In this document: positions 9,918-21,300 of the stretch, one piece after another
How positions within the stretch are numbered: the stretch's first letter is position 1
How the letters are laid out: each line of letters begins with the position of its first letter
Source of the DNA: Candidatus Thorarchaeota archaeon
GTDB lineage: Archaea; Asgardarchaeota; Thorarchaeia; Thorarchaeales; Thorarchaeaceae
Reading direction: 5' to 3'
NCBI GenBank assembly: GCA_048882325.1
Contig: JBHLRS010000007.1
Span: forward strand, 1 to 64,000
Length of the DNA stretch: 64,000 nt
The notes under the pieces: model-generated
Seen by the model: the letters and a program-made list of their open reading frames with translations, nothing else
What the model was told of the DNA's origin: nothing
Database searches by the model: none
Translations under genes and position numbers: made by a program

Positions 9918-10832
9918 TTAAACAAGCCTCCTCGTTACTTTTCGTGAGATGAGATTTGCAATAACATCAATTGTAAGAACCATGATCATGAGTGCCAATG
10001 CTGTTCCATGCGCTTTCGCCTGCAAATATTCCCTGGGGTCGCTGATGTATGCCCAGATCGTGTAGGGCATAGAGGCCACCCATGAACCAGAGCCGGTCAG
10101 TTGTGTAGGTACAGTAAGATTGTTTCCAGCAGTGAAAATCAGTGGTGCTGTTTCACCCATCACTCTTCCAATAGCTAGTAGCACACCTGTCACAAGTCCA
10201 GGAAATGCAGCCCTCAAGGTGACATTCCATGTTGTTGACCACTTAGTTGCACCCAGAGCAAGTGATGCCTCTCTCAAGGACATGGGAACAGCTCGTAATG
10301 CCTCTTGAGTTGTTCTCAAAACAGTTGGAATCATCATGAATGCCAAAGTGAGACTCCCAGCCACAATACCCATTCCTAAGTGAAGGAAATCTACCAAGAA
10401 CGCGAATCCGAAAGCACCGAACACGATAGAAGGGATGCCAGCAAGAACGTCCGACGTAAACTCGACTATTGCTCTACCCCATCCTGGTTGGGTATACTCA
10501 GTGATGTAAACCGCACCAAATACGCTCAATGGTATACCTACACCACTGGCTAGGACAACCAATTCAACAGTACCAACGAATGCATTTCTAATGCCACCTT
10601 CGAGGCCAACTCCTGGAAAGGTGAAAAGGAACTCGAAACCTCTTCCAGGTCCTATTCCAAACACCTGTGATAATCCAAGACTAGCAACTTGGATGAGAAC
10701 GAGGAAGAATGGCGAAACAACAATCAGAATTACTCCAGCAAGAATCACCTTGAAGAGAAAGTCAGTGAAGTGCCTGCGTGATTGGGTAACTGTTCGGAGA
10801 TATGCTACTAGACCATTCAGTCGGTCACTCAT
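9918..10832 (-). CDS. pstA: Phosphate ABC transporter permease
   Basis: LAGIPSIVFG, LREASLALGATKW, GRVMGETAPL. Confidence 0.95.
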   Translation of the reverse strand: MSDRLNGLVAYLRTVTQSRRHFTDFLFKVILAGVILIVVSPFFLVLIQVASLGLSQVFGIGPGRGFEFLFTFPGVGLEGGIRNAFVGTVELVVLASGVGIPLSVFGAVYITEYTQPGWGRAIVEFTSDVLAGIPSIVFGAFGFAFLVDFLHLGMGIVAGSLTLAFMMIPTVLRTTQEALRAVPMSLREASLALGATKWSTTWNVTLRAAFPGLVTGVLLAIGRVMGETAPLIFTAGNNLTVPTQLTGSGSWVASMPYTIWAYISDPREYLQAKAHGTALALMIMVLTIDVIANLISRKVTRRLV

Positions 10833-11879
10833 TCAGACATACCCCCGTGTTTTCATGCCCCAGCGAATGAAGAACTTAGCAGTCAAGGTGAAGCAGATTG
10901 ACATAACCATTAACACCAGGCCTACAGCAAACAGCGCAGAACGCCAGAGTGGAAATACAAAGGCATAGCCTAGTTGGTTAGTGATGATGCTGGTCATAAC
11001 ATATGCAGGGTCGAAGAGTGTGTAGGGAATCTGAAGTGAATTACCAGTCACCATCAAAACTGCCATTGTTTCCCCAACTGCACGTCCCAAAGAGAGGACA
11101 ACAGCCGCTCCAACTCCGGGTAATGCGGCTGAAATCACAATCTTGCGTGCGGTTTCACTTTGAGTGGCACCAAGCGCTAGTGATGCTTCTCGTAGACTAC
11201 GAGGGACTGCTTGCAGTGCATCGTTGGTAATCGTTACAATTGTAGGAAGTAACATTATTGCAAGAATTACTCCACCCGCAAGTAAACTAAGTCCATTCGT
11301 TTCACCTTGAAAGAATGGAATCCAACCTGTGAGAGGATTGCTCTGAAGACCTGGAGCCAAGACATTTTTGATATATGGGACCATGACAATATATGCCCAG
11401 AGTCCATAGACAATGGAAGGTATTGCCGCCATCATCTCAGTAATCATCTTGATTGGTTGCCGGAGTCTCATTGGACAGAACTCTGACAGGAAGATTGCTC
11501 CACCAATTCCGATAGGGACAGCGAGGCCAATAGCTATAGTTGTACATAATAACGAGCCAACAATGAACACTCCAATTCCGTATAGATTCCTATTGGGATC
11601 CCATGTGGGACCGACAATTATACCAGGACCTTGTGCTGGGTCAGTAAGTATTGGTGCAGATTCATACCACAAAAAAGCAAGAATTAGTATGATGACTAAA
11701 GTGCTCGTAAATGCAGGGACCAGAAGGAAGACTTTACCAAGCATGTCTGTCTTTCCAGACCTGTCTGCCTCCATGAAGTCATTGATTGGGTCTACCAGCT
11801 TATGTTTCAGTATCTGAATGAGTGTAATATCATTATCATTTGCTGGTTGTTCGGTTGCTTGAGTTTCTGTTTCAGTCAT
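10833..11879 (-). CDS. pstC: Phosphate ABC transporter permease
   Basis: AAIPSIVYGLW, REASLALGAT, LGRAVGETMAVLMV. Confidence 0.95.
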   Translation of the reverse strand: MTETETQATEQPANDNDITLIQILKHKLVDPINDFMEADRSGKTDMLGKVFLLVPAFTSTLVIILILAFLWYESAPILTDPAQGPGIIVGPTWDPNRNLYGIGVFIVGSLLCTTIAIGLAVPIGIGGAIFLSEFCPMRLRQPIKMITEMMAAIPSIVYGLWAYIVMVPYIKNVLAPGLQSNPLTGWIPFFQGETNGLSLLAGGVILAIMLLPTIVTITNDALQAVPRSLREASLALGATQSETARKIVISAALPGVGAAVVLSLGRAVGETMAVLMVTGNSLQIPYTLFDPAYVMTSIITNQLGYAFVFPLWRSALFAVGLVLMVMSICFTLTAKFFIRWGMKTRGYV

Positions 11880-11899
11880 TCAGTTATTCCTCTTGTCTA

Positions 11900-12961
11900 T
11901 CATATAGATGGGGAGAGTACGCTCATGATTGAAAGAGAGTAACTCTGAGCTGCTGTTCCGTTAATAGATACATATCCAACTACACCTACGTATTTCTGAC
12001 CCTGAACCAAGCACCAACTCACATAGGTAATTGTGTTCTGACTTAGATGATTCTTATTAACAAGATAGAATAGCAATCTAGCGATTGGATACGCGCCTTC
12101 GACATTTGAGTTCATGATATTTTGTCCGGGGGCAGATAGATTGGTTGGGATTGCCTTCACTGCATTGGCAATTGAGGGAGTGACCCACTCTCCATTCCCT
12201 GGATTATAGAGATCAGCAGGAATAAGATCCCTCATAAATGCTAGACCAACATACCCAATTGCTTGTTGGTCGTTCTCAACTCCAGAAGCTACTCCAGGAT
12301 TCCCGTCCACAGCATTGACGCCAGCTGGAAATGAGAGGGCTTCTTCATGGCCAAGATGCCATATATAATCTGCACCATTTGTATTGTTGTTCTCCTCTGC
12401 AGTTTCAAGCCACTTTGCAAATGTTGCAGTTGTACCACTTGCATCAGAACGGACAAACACATTGATTGGCCCAGTCTGTAGAATTGCGACATTAAAGATA
12501 GAAGAGAAATCAGCCCATGTTGTGACATTCCGTTGAAAGACTGCAACAACCATGTCAACATCCATCTTGAATGTAGTTCCATTTACAGCTTCGTTGACGA
12601 CAACACCCAATGCATCTGCAGAAACTGGCAGAATCTCAACATACGGGTTTTCATCTATGTAATCTTGTTTCGGATAAGAACTGGTGGCGCCGATATCAAT
12701 CAGGGCCTGTCCTACTAGCGACTGACCTAACCCAGAGCCCCCAGTACTTGGATTAACGGTCAATCCCGGAAAGACACTATTGAATTCAGCTGCCCAAATC
12801 TGTGAGAGAGGATATACTGTTGAGGAACCTGCAGTAGTTATTGTTCCTTGAACTCCACCACCCGCAGGCGGACTTATGAAAATGAGACCTCCTGCTCCAA
12901 GAAGAATCCCTATTATCACTCCAGCCATCAATCCATTCTTCTGTTTCCATATTGATGTCAT
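11900..12961 (-). CDS. pstS: Phosphate ABC transporter substrate-binding protein
   Basis: AGSSTVYP, TGGSGLG, RSDASGTT, IGYVG, YPIARLLF. Confidence 0.95.
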   Translation of the reverse strand: MTSIWKQKNGLMAGVIIGILLGAGGLIFISPPAGGGVQGTITTAGSSTVYPLSQIWAAEFNSVFPGLTVNPSTGGSGLGQSLVGQALIDIGATSSYPKQDYIDENPYVEILPVSADALGVVVNEAVNGTTFKMDVDMVVAVFQRNVTTWADFSSIFNVAILQTGPINVFVRSDASGTTATFAKWLETAEENNNTNGADYIWHLGHEEALSFPAGVNAVDGNPGVASGVENDQQAIGYVGLAFMRDLIPADLYNPGNGEWVTPSIANAVKAIPTNLSAPGQNIMNSNVEGAYPIARLLFYLVNKNHLSQNTITYVSWCLVQGQKYVGVVGYVSINGTAAQSYSLSIMSVLSPSI

Positions 12962-13064
12962 CGCAAGGCTCCTCTGAAATTATACATGAACCCCAAGAAC
13001 AACCTCGAATTAAGGTCATCGCATCGTGTTTGTGTTCAAAGGACAAATCTATGTAATCGGTGTT

Positions 13065-13076
13065 GATGTAGACATC
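13065..13076. promoter_or_regulatory. Palindrome GATGT-AG-ACATC upstream of pstS; candidate operator
   Basis: Perfect 5-bp inverted repeat in the intergenic region between the wHTH gene and pstS. It is short and may be chance. Confidence 0.25.
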
Positions 13077-13114
13077 GCGACAGCAGGTGCCAACTGAATT
13101 ATTGAAAAAGGGCT

Positions 13115-13447
13115 TTAGAATGAACGAGTCCATTTCAAATCCTTGACGATGAAGTTCGCTATAGCATCTAGATGTCTACCCAATTTCTTGCCACGATTTG
13201 TAAGAATGTGAATCAACTCGTTTCCTTCTTTCTCTACTCTTATGATTTCATTGTCAAGTAAGAATTTACGAGCACTAGCAACCCTGGCACCATTAAGTGC
13301 TGGCAGAGTCTTGGTCTTTTTCCCTGCTTTGATTATCTCATCTGCTCGAGCTTTTCCCTTTAATCGAGTCAAAAGCAGGATGATAGTTAATTCATACTCT
13401 CCACGAAGTAATTTCACAAAAGGACTGATTTTTGCCATCGACATCAC
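13115..13447 (-). CDS. Winged-helix DNA-binding protein (HxlR/MarR-like)
   Basis: 110 aa, basic; LLDNEIIRV..HILTNRGKKL wing motif. Confidence 0.75.
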   Translation of the reverse strand: MMSMAKISPFVKLLRGEYELTIILLLTRLKGKARADEIIKAGKKTKTLPALNGARVASARKFLLDNEIIRVEKEGNELIHILTNRGKKLGRHLDAIANFIVKDLKWTRSF

Positions 13448-13560
13448 ATTCTGATATATGCACTACTCATTTATTTCAAATATAGAAATCCCTGATTAAT
13501 TATAACACGAGAGGCTAGACTTATGACTCAGAGTCTAATACCATTAAGCTGGTGTAGGTT

Positions 13561-14397
13561 ATGGTTCAGAATTCCAGGAACACCTTGAATGATCTTGATG
13601 CTAAATCATGGGTGAAGGCTACCAAATCGTGGTTCGTTATCAACCCACGGTCAAGATCTCAAGAGCAGATGAGTCATCCTGCTAAGTTTCCAGAAGAATT
13701 GGTCAAACGGTTTGTGACTTACTTCACCAAGAATGAGGGATGGGTCCTCGATCCATTTGCTGGAGTTGGAAGTACACTTGCAGCATGTCGAGAATCTGGA
13801 AGAAATGCCGTTGGGATTGAGCTAAACAAGGAGTTTGTGGATATCGGTCATGCTGGACTAAAGGAAATCGCAGGTAACGGACAACAAGTACTGATTCACG
13901 GTGATTCGACTCGAGTTGTGGAGCTACTGTCTCATCACTTTGGAAACGATGCTCCTTTGTTTGACTATGTCATAACTTCACCTCCATATTGGAACATGTT
14001 GAGAAAATCCCGTGGTGGAAATGAAACAGTCCACAAACAGAGGGAGGAGAAGGGTTTGAAACAATATTATAGTGAGTCTGCAATGGATTTGGGCAACATT
14101 GAGATCTATGAGGAGTATATTGAGGCAGTCAGTCAAATACTTCGTAGCCTTGAGTCATTATTGACTCCTAAGGCATACATCACTATTATTGTTCAGAACA
14201 TGAGAGACATTGATGGTATACTGAAACCTATCGCGTGGGATTTAGCTCGAGAATTATCCAATCAGTTTAATCTTCGTCAGGAGATGATTTGGTGTCAAGA
14301 CAACAAGAAACTTGGGTGTTGGGGATATCCCACCACATATGTTTCCAATGTTCACCATCATTACTGCATCATTCTCCAAAGAAAAGAATATCTTTGA
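13561..14397 (+). CDS. Orphan amino-methyltransferase (N4-C/N6-A DNA methylase family)
   Basis: HPAKFP, VLDPFAGVGST (motif I), GIEL, and TSPPYW (motif IV) after motif I. No neighbouring endonuclease. Confidence 0.85.
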   Translation: MVQNSRNTLNDLDAKSWVKATKSWFVINPRSRSQEQMSHPAKFPEELVKRFVTYFTKNEGWVLDPFAGVGSTLAACRESGRNAVGIELNKEFVDIGHAGLKEIAGNGQQVLIHGDSTRVVELLSHHFGNDAPLFDYVITSPPYWNMLRKSRGGNETVHKQREEKGLKQYYSESAMDLGNIEIYEEYIEAVSQILRSLESLLTPKAYITIIVQNMRDIDGILKPIAWDLARELSNQFNLRQEMIWCQDNKKLGCWGYPTTYVSNVHHHYCIILQRKEYL

Positions 14398-14492
14398 AAT
14401 CAAGGTGCAAGCATAGATATGTATTCACTCCAGTTATTGTAGAAAAGCCAAGTTCACACGATTATTAAGGAATCGTAATTCGCCTATACAAT

Positions 14493-15377
14493 ATGTCGGA
14501 ACGGATTCTTGAGTTGAACATTGATGATCTTGAGCAGGTCAAGACTCTTTGTGCAACTGTATGGGATGGTAATGACTATGTCCCAGCAATCTTTCCTAAA
14601 TGGGTAGAGAATCCGCTTGCACGAACTATGGGTCTCTTCGAAGCTGATGAACTAGTGGCAGTTGCGAACATCGAGAAGATCTCTGAAACAGACATCGCTT
14701 GGGTGCAAGGTCTTCGAGTAAAGGAAAGTCACAGAGAGAGAGGATACGCAACAAGGATTACACACAGGTTGATCGAAATCGCAAAGGATTTCGGAGTAAG
14801 GCATCTATGGTATGCTACAAGTTCAAGGAATCAATCATCAATGAGGGTTGCTGAGAAGTGTGGATTCCGCCAGGCTGACAAAACGGGGTACTTTAGACTC
14901 TACAAGCCATATCCACCACACCCACGACCAAGTCTAAACATCGTGCCGCTGAAAGCTAATCCAGAGAGACTCTATGAACTGCTGATTGCTAATCCAGCAT
15001 TAGTGGAGAGTTCAACCTTTCCTCTTGCCTGGCATTTTGACTTCAAGACAAAAGACGGGTTAGCTAGACTCATGGAGAATGCATTAGTGAAAGTGGTTGT
15101 AGATAAAACTGGTGTGGCACAAGGAATATACTGTTATACCGAGAGAGAGCGTAATGAAGAGAAGACTGCAGCTTTCACTGTGTTCTCTACTGATCGCTCA
15201 GTGTTCGTTGACATCATGTCTCGAATGATCGAACAAGCTGATTCATCTGGGGCGGATAGAGCAGTATTCTTTCTAGGTCCAAGGGTGTCTGAATGGTCAC
15301 TTGACCTTGGTTATGTAGCAGACGAGTTCATTGATCGAAGGTTTCTTCTCTATGAGCTGAATCCAGCTGAGTTTTGA
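14493..15377 (+). CDS. GNAT-family N-acetyltransferase
   Basis: GLRVKESHRERGYAT acetyl-CoA motif A; N..SMRVAEKCGF motif B. Confidence 0.88.
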   Translation: MSERILELNIDDLEQVKTLCATVWDGNDYVPAIFPKWVENPLARTMGLFEADELVAVANIEKISETDIAWVQGLRVKESHRERGYATRITHRLIEIAKDFGVRHLWYATSSRNQSSMRVAEKCGFRQADKTGYFRLYKPYPPHPRPSLNIVPLKANPERLYELLIANPALVESSTFPLAWHFDFKTKDGLARLMENALVKVVVDKTGVAQGIYCYTERERNEEKTAAFTVFSTDRSVFVDIMSRMIEQADSSGADRAVFFLGPRVSEWSLDLGYVADEFIDRRFLLYELNPAEF

Positions 15378-15379
15378 TC

Positions 15380-18300
15380 TCAGCCGGATCCTCCTCTCAT
15401 TCGTTTCCTTAACAGGAAGATGAATGCAAAGCCTGTTATGGCGACGACGGTGAACACTCCAACCAATACAGCCAAGAACATGATATCGGGTGGGGGAGCG
15501 CCACCTTCTCGTTCCACGATGATTAGAATCTCCATTGTATTCATGTTCTCATAGATGTCATAAACTGTCACAAGCAATGGATATAATCCTTCGTCCAGTT
15601 GGACTATGCTGGTCAGCCAGCCCTGATTATTCATGGTGAATCTTGTGTTGTTCACACTGTAATGGTCAATGCCTGAAAAGTCCTCAGCGAGCACTCGAAG
15701 CTGGAGTACATCACCAAGGCTGATCGTGACATTCACATAGTGGTCTATCCATTCTGGTGGAGTTGTGTCCTGAACGATAACCGTCACTATTCCAACGAGC
15801 TGGTTACCGAATGGATCAGTTACAACTAGTTGAAGCATATAGACTCCGACATCGAGAGCCACACGATTAGTCAACAACCCGGTCTGAGTTACCCTAAACA
15901 GACTATTGTTCACTGAGAATCCATTGATACCAGTATCGTCGTACACTTCAAACTGATGTTCCAAATCCTCTCCCGCCTCGACATAGATTACTCCGGGCTC
16001 TGTTAGCCAAACAGGAGGAGATGTATCCGTCTCGGGGAAGAAGCTTGTATCAACAACTTCACCATATGGAGAATGAGTTGCAAGCACACCATTACTCCGG
16101 AAAACAGTGACTTGATCACCGCTGCCCAATTGAGTCAATGTCCATACAGCATACCCATTCCAGATGGTGTAGCTACTGATATAATACATGTTGAACCATG
16201 CTTCCATCACTATTGGGTCACCAATTTCTGGTAATTCACCAGTCGTAACCGGCGAGTCCATACATGTCATGAAGAATAGGTGCATTCCCATCATACCCAC
16301 CAAATCATACTCAATGTAACCGTTCAGGATATTGACATGCATAGTTGTGTACATTGTATCAACTGGAACTCCGCTATCATAGTACACGTAGACAGCATCG
16401 ACTTCAACTACAAAGTCAGAGATCATGTCATTGAATGTGAAATTACGCGCATATTGATACTGACCGTAGGACTCCATGTAATTATAGTAGTCACCTGGTA
16501 CAGGAGTTAAGATTGGAACAACATCTACTGATTCGAATGTCACCGACGCATATGCAGATGCCATATCATACCAGTAGGCAACTATCGAGATCTCATTTGT
16601 GCCATTCTGGAAAACGGGCACCATGAACTCCTGATAACCAGTGTAAAATACATCTGTGATGTAGTCATCATTGACATAGACTTCGATGTAATATATTTCA
16701 TCAGGAGAAACTGCACTATACTCTAAGTGAACTGTGCCTCCACTAACTATCTCACTCTCAGAAGGTGTCAAGATGTTGAACTCCCGAGGAGCCTCAACTT
16801 CGACTAGCCTGGTCCGTACATTATTTGTAGTAGAATACTCTCCAAGCACGACATCCACAGCTGCAGTCAAGTTGTAGACACGGACAGATGTTGGTGTCCA
16901 CTCATAGACAATACTCTCGCTGTGAAAAGGTGCAAGAGATGCAATGTAGAGTGACTCCACTTGAGAGCCATCAATGAAGAGTCGGAGATAGAAGTTCGAC
17001 TCAGTGTTGTTTCCTGTGTTAACTACAGTAGCTGTAATTTCAACAGGCACATCGAGCCATACTCTTTCTGGTGCACTCAGAGAAGCTGAGAGATCATGTT
17101 CAGGGGTTTCGTATGTGAACTGGATACCAAACTCTGAAAATCCATCCATCGTATCAGCAGGATAAGAATTGTAGTGGATTCCATCTCCATGATTCAATCC
17201 AACTGTGGCATCATAGATTGTATACAGTATAAGATAGTTGAACTCAATCAAGCCACCAGCATGAAGTACAACTTGAAATGTCCCAATGTCTGATCCACCA
17301 AGATATTCATACTCGTTGAACTGAATCACAACTCGATCTGGAGTGGTCCATAGGTAGATATTGTTACTAGCCTGCAGGTCATCCCATAGGGGAGCCATGC
17401 AATATGCATGCATTGGGTCGCTACTTGGGAATTCTGGATTAACAAATTCATATGGGGAGGGATAAGTGAAGCTCATCCAGCCATTACTACTGACATAGAC
17501 CATATCAAAGACATCGTCGTAGTATGGGAAGCTGAACGGCAGTGGAACTGTTACATATGTGTCATCCCCAGACACATAGAGGTTTTCTCCATTCGTTACC
17601 GCATCATACCAATTGTATGCACCTTCCACCATCAGATAGTCCTTCAGGAATTTGATGTTCACCATCTGGGAGTGGATATTGTTCAAGTAGGAGTATTCGC
17701 CAGCTACTGGCTCCACAACTGCTGTCACATTATAGATAGTTTCAACAACAGGCGTCCAAGAATACTGGAACGTAGCAGTTGTTCCATTCTCAAACAAAGG
17801 TACAAAGAGAGAGTCGACTTCGACTTCATCAATGAAGAGTTTCGCTGTGACATCAACCTCATCATTGAGACCCATATTATACACCGTGACATTGAGAAGT
17901 ACTTCCTCATTTGGATTGCTTTGTTGTGGGGCACCAAGACTCACAGAAAGATCGTGGTCTGGAATCACGTACTCGGACCAGACTATTGCGTTGTATGCAA
18001 GTTGACAGTCATCAGTATTACCCATAAACTCAGGAAGGTTAGAGAAATACACCAAACCCCGGTATGTAAGGATTGTTGCATAACCTCCTGAGTCTTGTGC
18101 AAGGTAAGTTGCACCTCTCAATACACTACCATCCCATAGAGAAGGAACCGGATATATAGTACCGCCAAACGCGGGTGAGTATGGGTTTGAAACTCCTGCA
18201 AACAATGGATGTGAAGTATTCTCCAAGGTGAAAATAAGAGGAGAGAAAACCTGTGCATCCATAACCATGTCATCTGCAAGACCAAAGAAACTTCCCCACT

Positions 18301-21300
18301 CGGGATTCATATAGAATGCTGTTGAGCTTACAATCAAACCGTGACCTTGTGCAGTGTAATATTGGATTGCTTCAATCTCTGCTGACGTGTATTCATAGAT
18401 AGGATATCCAAGATACAGAACATCTGCATCCAGTTCTTCTAACTTGGCAAGAGTGACATCTTCAGTAGCAAAAGTCGTATAATCAATATCCAAAGGCATC
18501 GAACCGTAGTCTTCCCAGTTGCTCATGAGATGATCCCAGACGAAATCCTCAGGATACATTGTTCCATAGCTTGGCAGCACGACAACACTCATCCTGACTG
18601 GTAATCCAATCACCGAGCTAATATAGCCTGCGAGAGTTCCATTCACAAAGATCTGACCACCATCATTAGGAGTAAGGGTGAGATCTAACATCCCTGAGGA
18701 GTTTGTGTAGCCATCAACGGAGTTGCCCAATCCTGTTGCATTGATATAACACCCAACAAGTGGGAATAGTTCGTAGTAGTCAGTGGCAATTATTGTTATG
18801 ACTTGAGTTGCATAGGGTTCTAAGAATGCTGGTTCTGCACGTAGCGCAATCATAGGTGTGTCATACACGATTATTCCGGTGGTAAAGTTTAGATACCCAC
18901 CTTTTGTGACGTTGACTTCAATGATTCCTTCGCTTGTGGGTGTAATCGATATACTGCAGATTCCATCCAGTAGAGTAGTATTTACAGCAGTGATTCCACA
19001 GCCTTCAAGGCTAATGTCTGCACTCTTTATCGGTGCGCCTGTTGCTGCATCCGTCACCTCAAAATAAATCGTTTCAGTCGTACCTGTCTGAAGCGCATCA
19101 TCTGACATTGAAACAATTAATGATGGTTGAAGTAGAAATGCAGCTGCATTCGTCACAAGCAAATCTCTTGTTGCCTCATCTTCAATAGCGTCAATAGAGA
19201 ACCCAATGAATACAACCCCTCCAACTCCGGATGATGGTGCTAGACCACTGATTGCTGTGCCCCCAACATAGCTGCCACCGTATGCTGCAGCGTGAGTAGA
19301 TCCATTAACTGGATTGAAGACATCAGCATATACAGTACCAAGTCCATCAGCGAGTGGAACATTCGTTGGCATTCCAGACATTATTGGATGTGAGCTCTTC
19401 ACCAACTCTAGAGATCCTAAGTTTTCAGTATACTCGACATACTCAACATGGAACAGGTTTGGAAATCGAGAAGGTTCACTACTAATGAGTACAGTCAGAA
19501 TTGAGGCACCTTCAAAGAGTATGTGTCCTCCCTCATTGTGATATTGTTCAAGAACGTCGAGGAGATAACTAAGAGGACCACTCAGAGGATAACCGATGTT
19601 GTCTCCTGTTGACACAAAAACTGCATCAAACTCACGAAGGTAACTAATTGTAGGTGCCATCTGATAGATTGGGTAGAATACCGTGATATTGTATTCATCC
19701 TTCAGTGCGGATGCAAAATCTCCCGAATTAGCCCCGTCTCCAACGTTATCATCTGCCCATCCACCCGGATAGTCAATCCAATCAGACCCCGCATTGTCTG
19801 CGATGACCAGAATGTCTCCTCGATTCACTCTCAATGAAAGCTCAGTCCCACCATAGGTTGTGCCATTGTCCAGCTGAATGTAGAGACGAAGGTCACCAAA
19901 AGCAGTCAGATTCAAAAATGATGAATAAGTACCTCCAGATACACTGAAAGTGGAAGTCTGTACTACCGTTCCGCTTGAGTCGATGAGTGACGCATTACCT
20001 GTACAGTCTGCAATGGCAGTTCCGGAGAACTGTAAGAACGTGTTGTAAATGGGGTCATTATCTAACTGAAGTGTCACATCAACAAGACCCACCGTGAATG
20101 ATGTCACGCCAGTATAATCAAAGGGATCAGCTACCTGAGTCCTCACATTATAGATACCTGGATAGTTGGTTGTGTTGAATGTAATAGAATATTCACCAAA
20201 CGGATTCGAGATTATTGGACTACTGGTTGCGACAGAGCCCATAGGGTCAGTGACTGTGACAACCGCATGCGCGTTGGCAAAGGGAACATTGTTGTATGAC
20301 AGCAGTGTCCCATTCAGCTGAACAGTTTCTTGAATGTCTACTTTTGATGCAGTCGATGTGAAGTTCTGTTTCCAGTACATATTCATCGAGGGATCTCCAA
20401 AGTAGATTGCCTGATATACGGTCTCTAGTGTTGGCTCAGATGTGACGTCATATGTAGTCACCATGTAGTTGAGAGCTTGATGGAACGCCATCTTTGGATT
20501 GGCTTCTCTTTCTGAAACTGCTCTCTCGAGGAAGTAGTCCCAGAAGAGATTGTGGAATCCATCAAAAGCCTCTGATGAAGCCCAAGCCACTCGAGTCGCT
20601 CCAATATACGCAGCAGCGCCACCGTTGGGATTTCTGAAGAACGCCTCAGCAATCACGGGTTCACCGACCTCAAAATCAAATGCTGCAGTTTCACATGCCA
20701 TCGCGAAAGCAAACATGGACATGTTACCATTGGATAGTCCCATGACATCAGACGTCATCATAGCACCGGTCCATTGATCATATGCACCATGGTCGAAGAA
20801 ATCAATGATACCAACACCAGAGTTTATCGCGGATACAACATTGGAGGTGGAAAGTGACCCATCAGTCGAATAGAATCTAGACACATCAAAGAAAGAGTCA
20901 TAGAGATATTTGTGATTCACCATGTCCTCTGTCATGACAGGACCATCTCCGTAGCCAAAGCAATCATTGGCGATAAGCATGAAGTTGTCCATCCAGTCTC
21001 CAGAAACAGGATTACTTTCATATTGAATGATGAGTGAGAGAACGCGTTCAGCTTGAGCATAGGTCTGAACAGGAATACGACCAACCATCAGTTCAGGGAA
21101 TAGGTCCACACTGTCATTCATCTCGCCATACATATGATTCCCATTTAGATCCCAGTCACCATCAAGACATTCGTAATATAGGTCCGAGGGCTCAGTCCCA
21201 TTATCGATTCCAGGACCCCAGTATGGATCTACTACTTCTCTTACAGGAACAACATCACCATCTCCAATCAAAAAGACATAGGAGGTGTGATTCTCTGTAT

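Noticed and set aside
12786-13133. 115-aa minus-strand ORF bridging the wHTH gene and pstS
   Set aside because: It overlaps pstS out of frame, has atypical composition and has no recognisable motif.
13115-15377. Restriction-modification system with controller protein
   Set aside because: No endonuclease-like ORF. The downstream gene is a GNAT, and the wHTH is not an Xre-type C protein.
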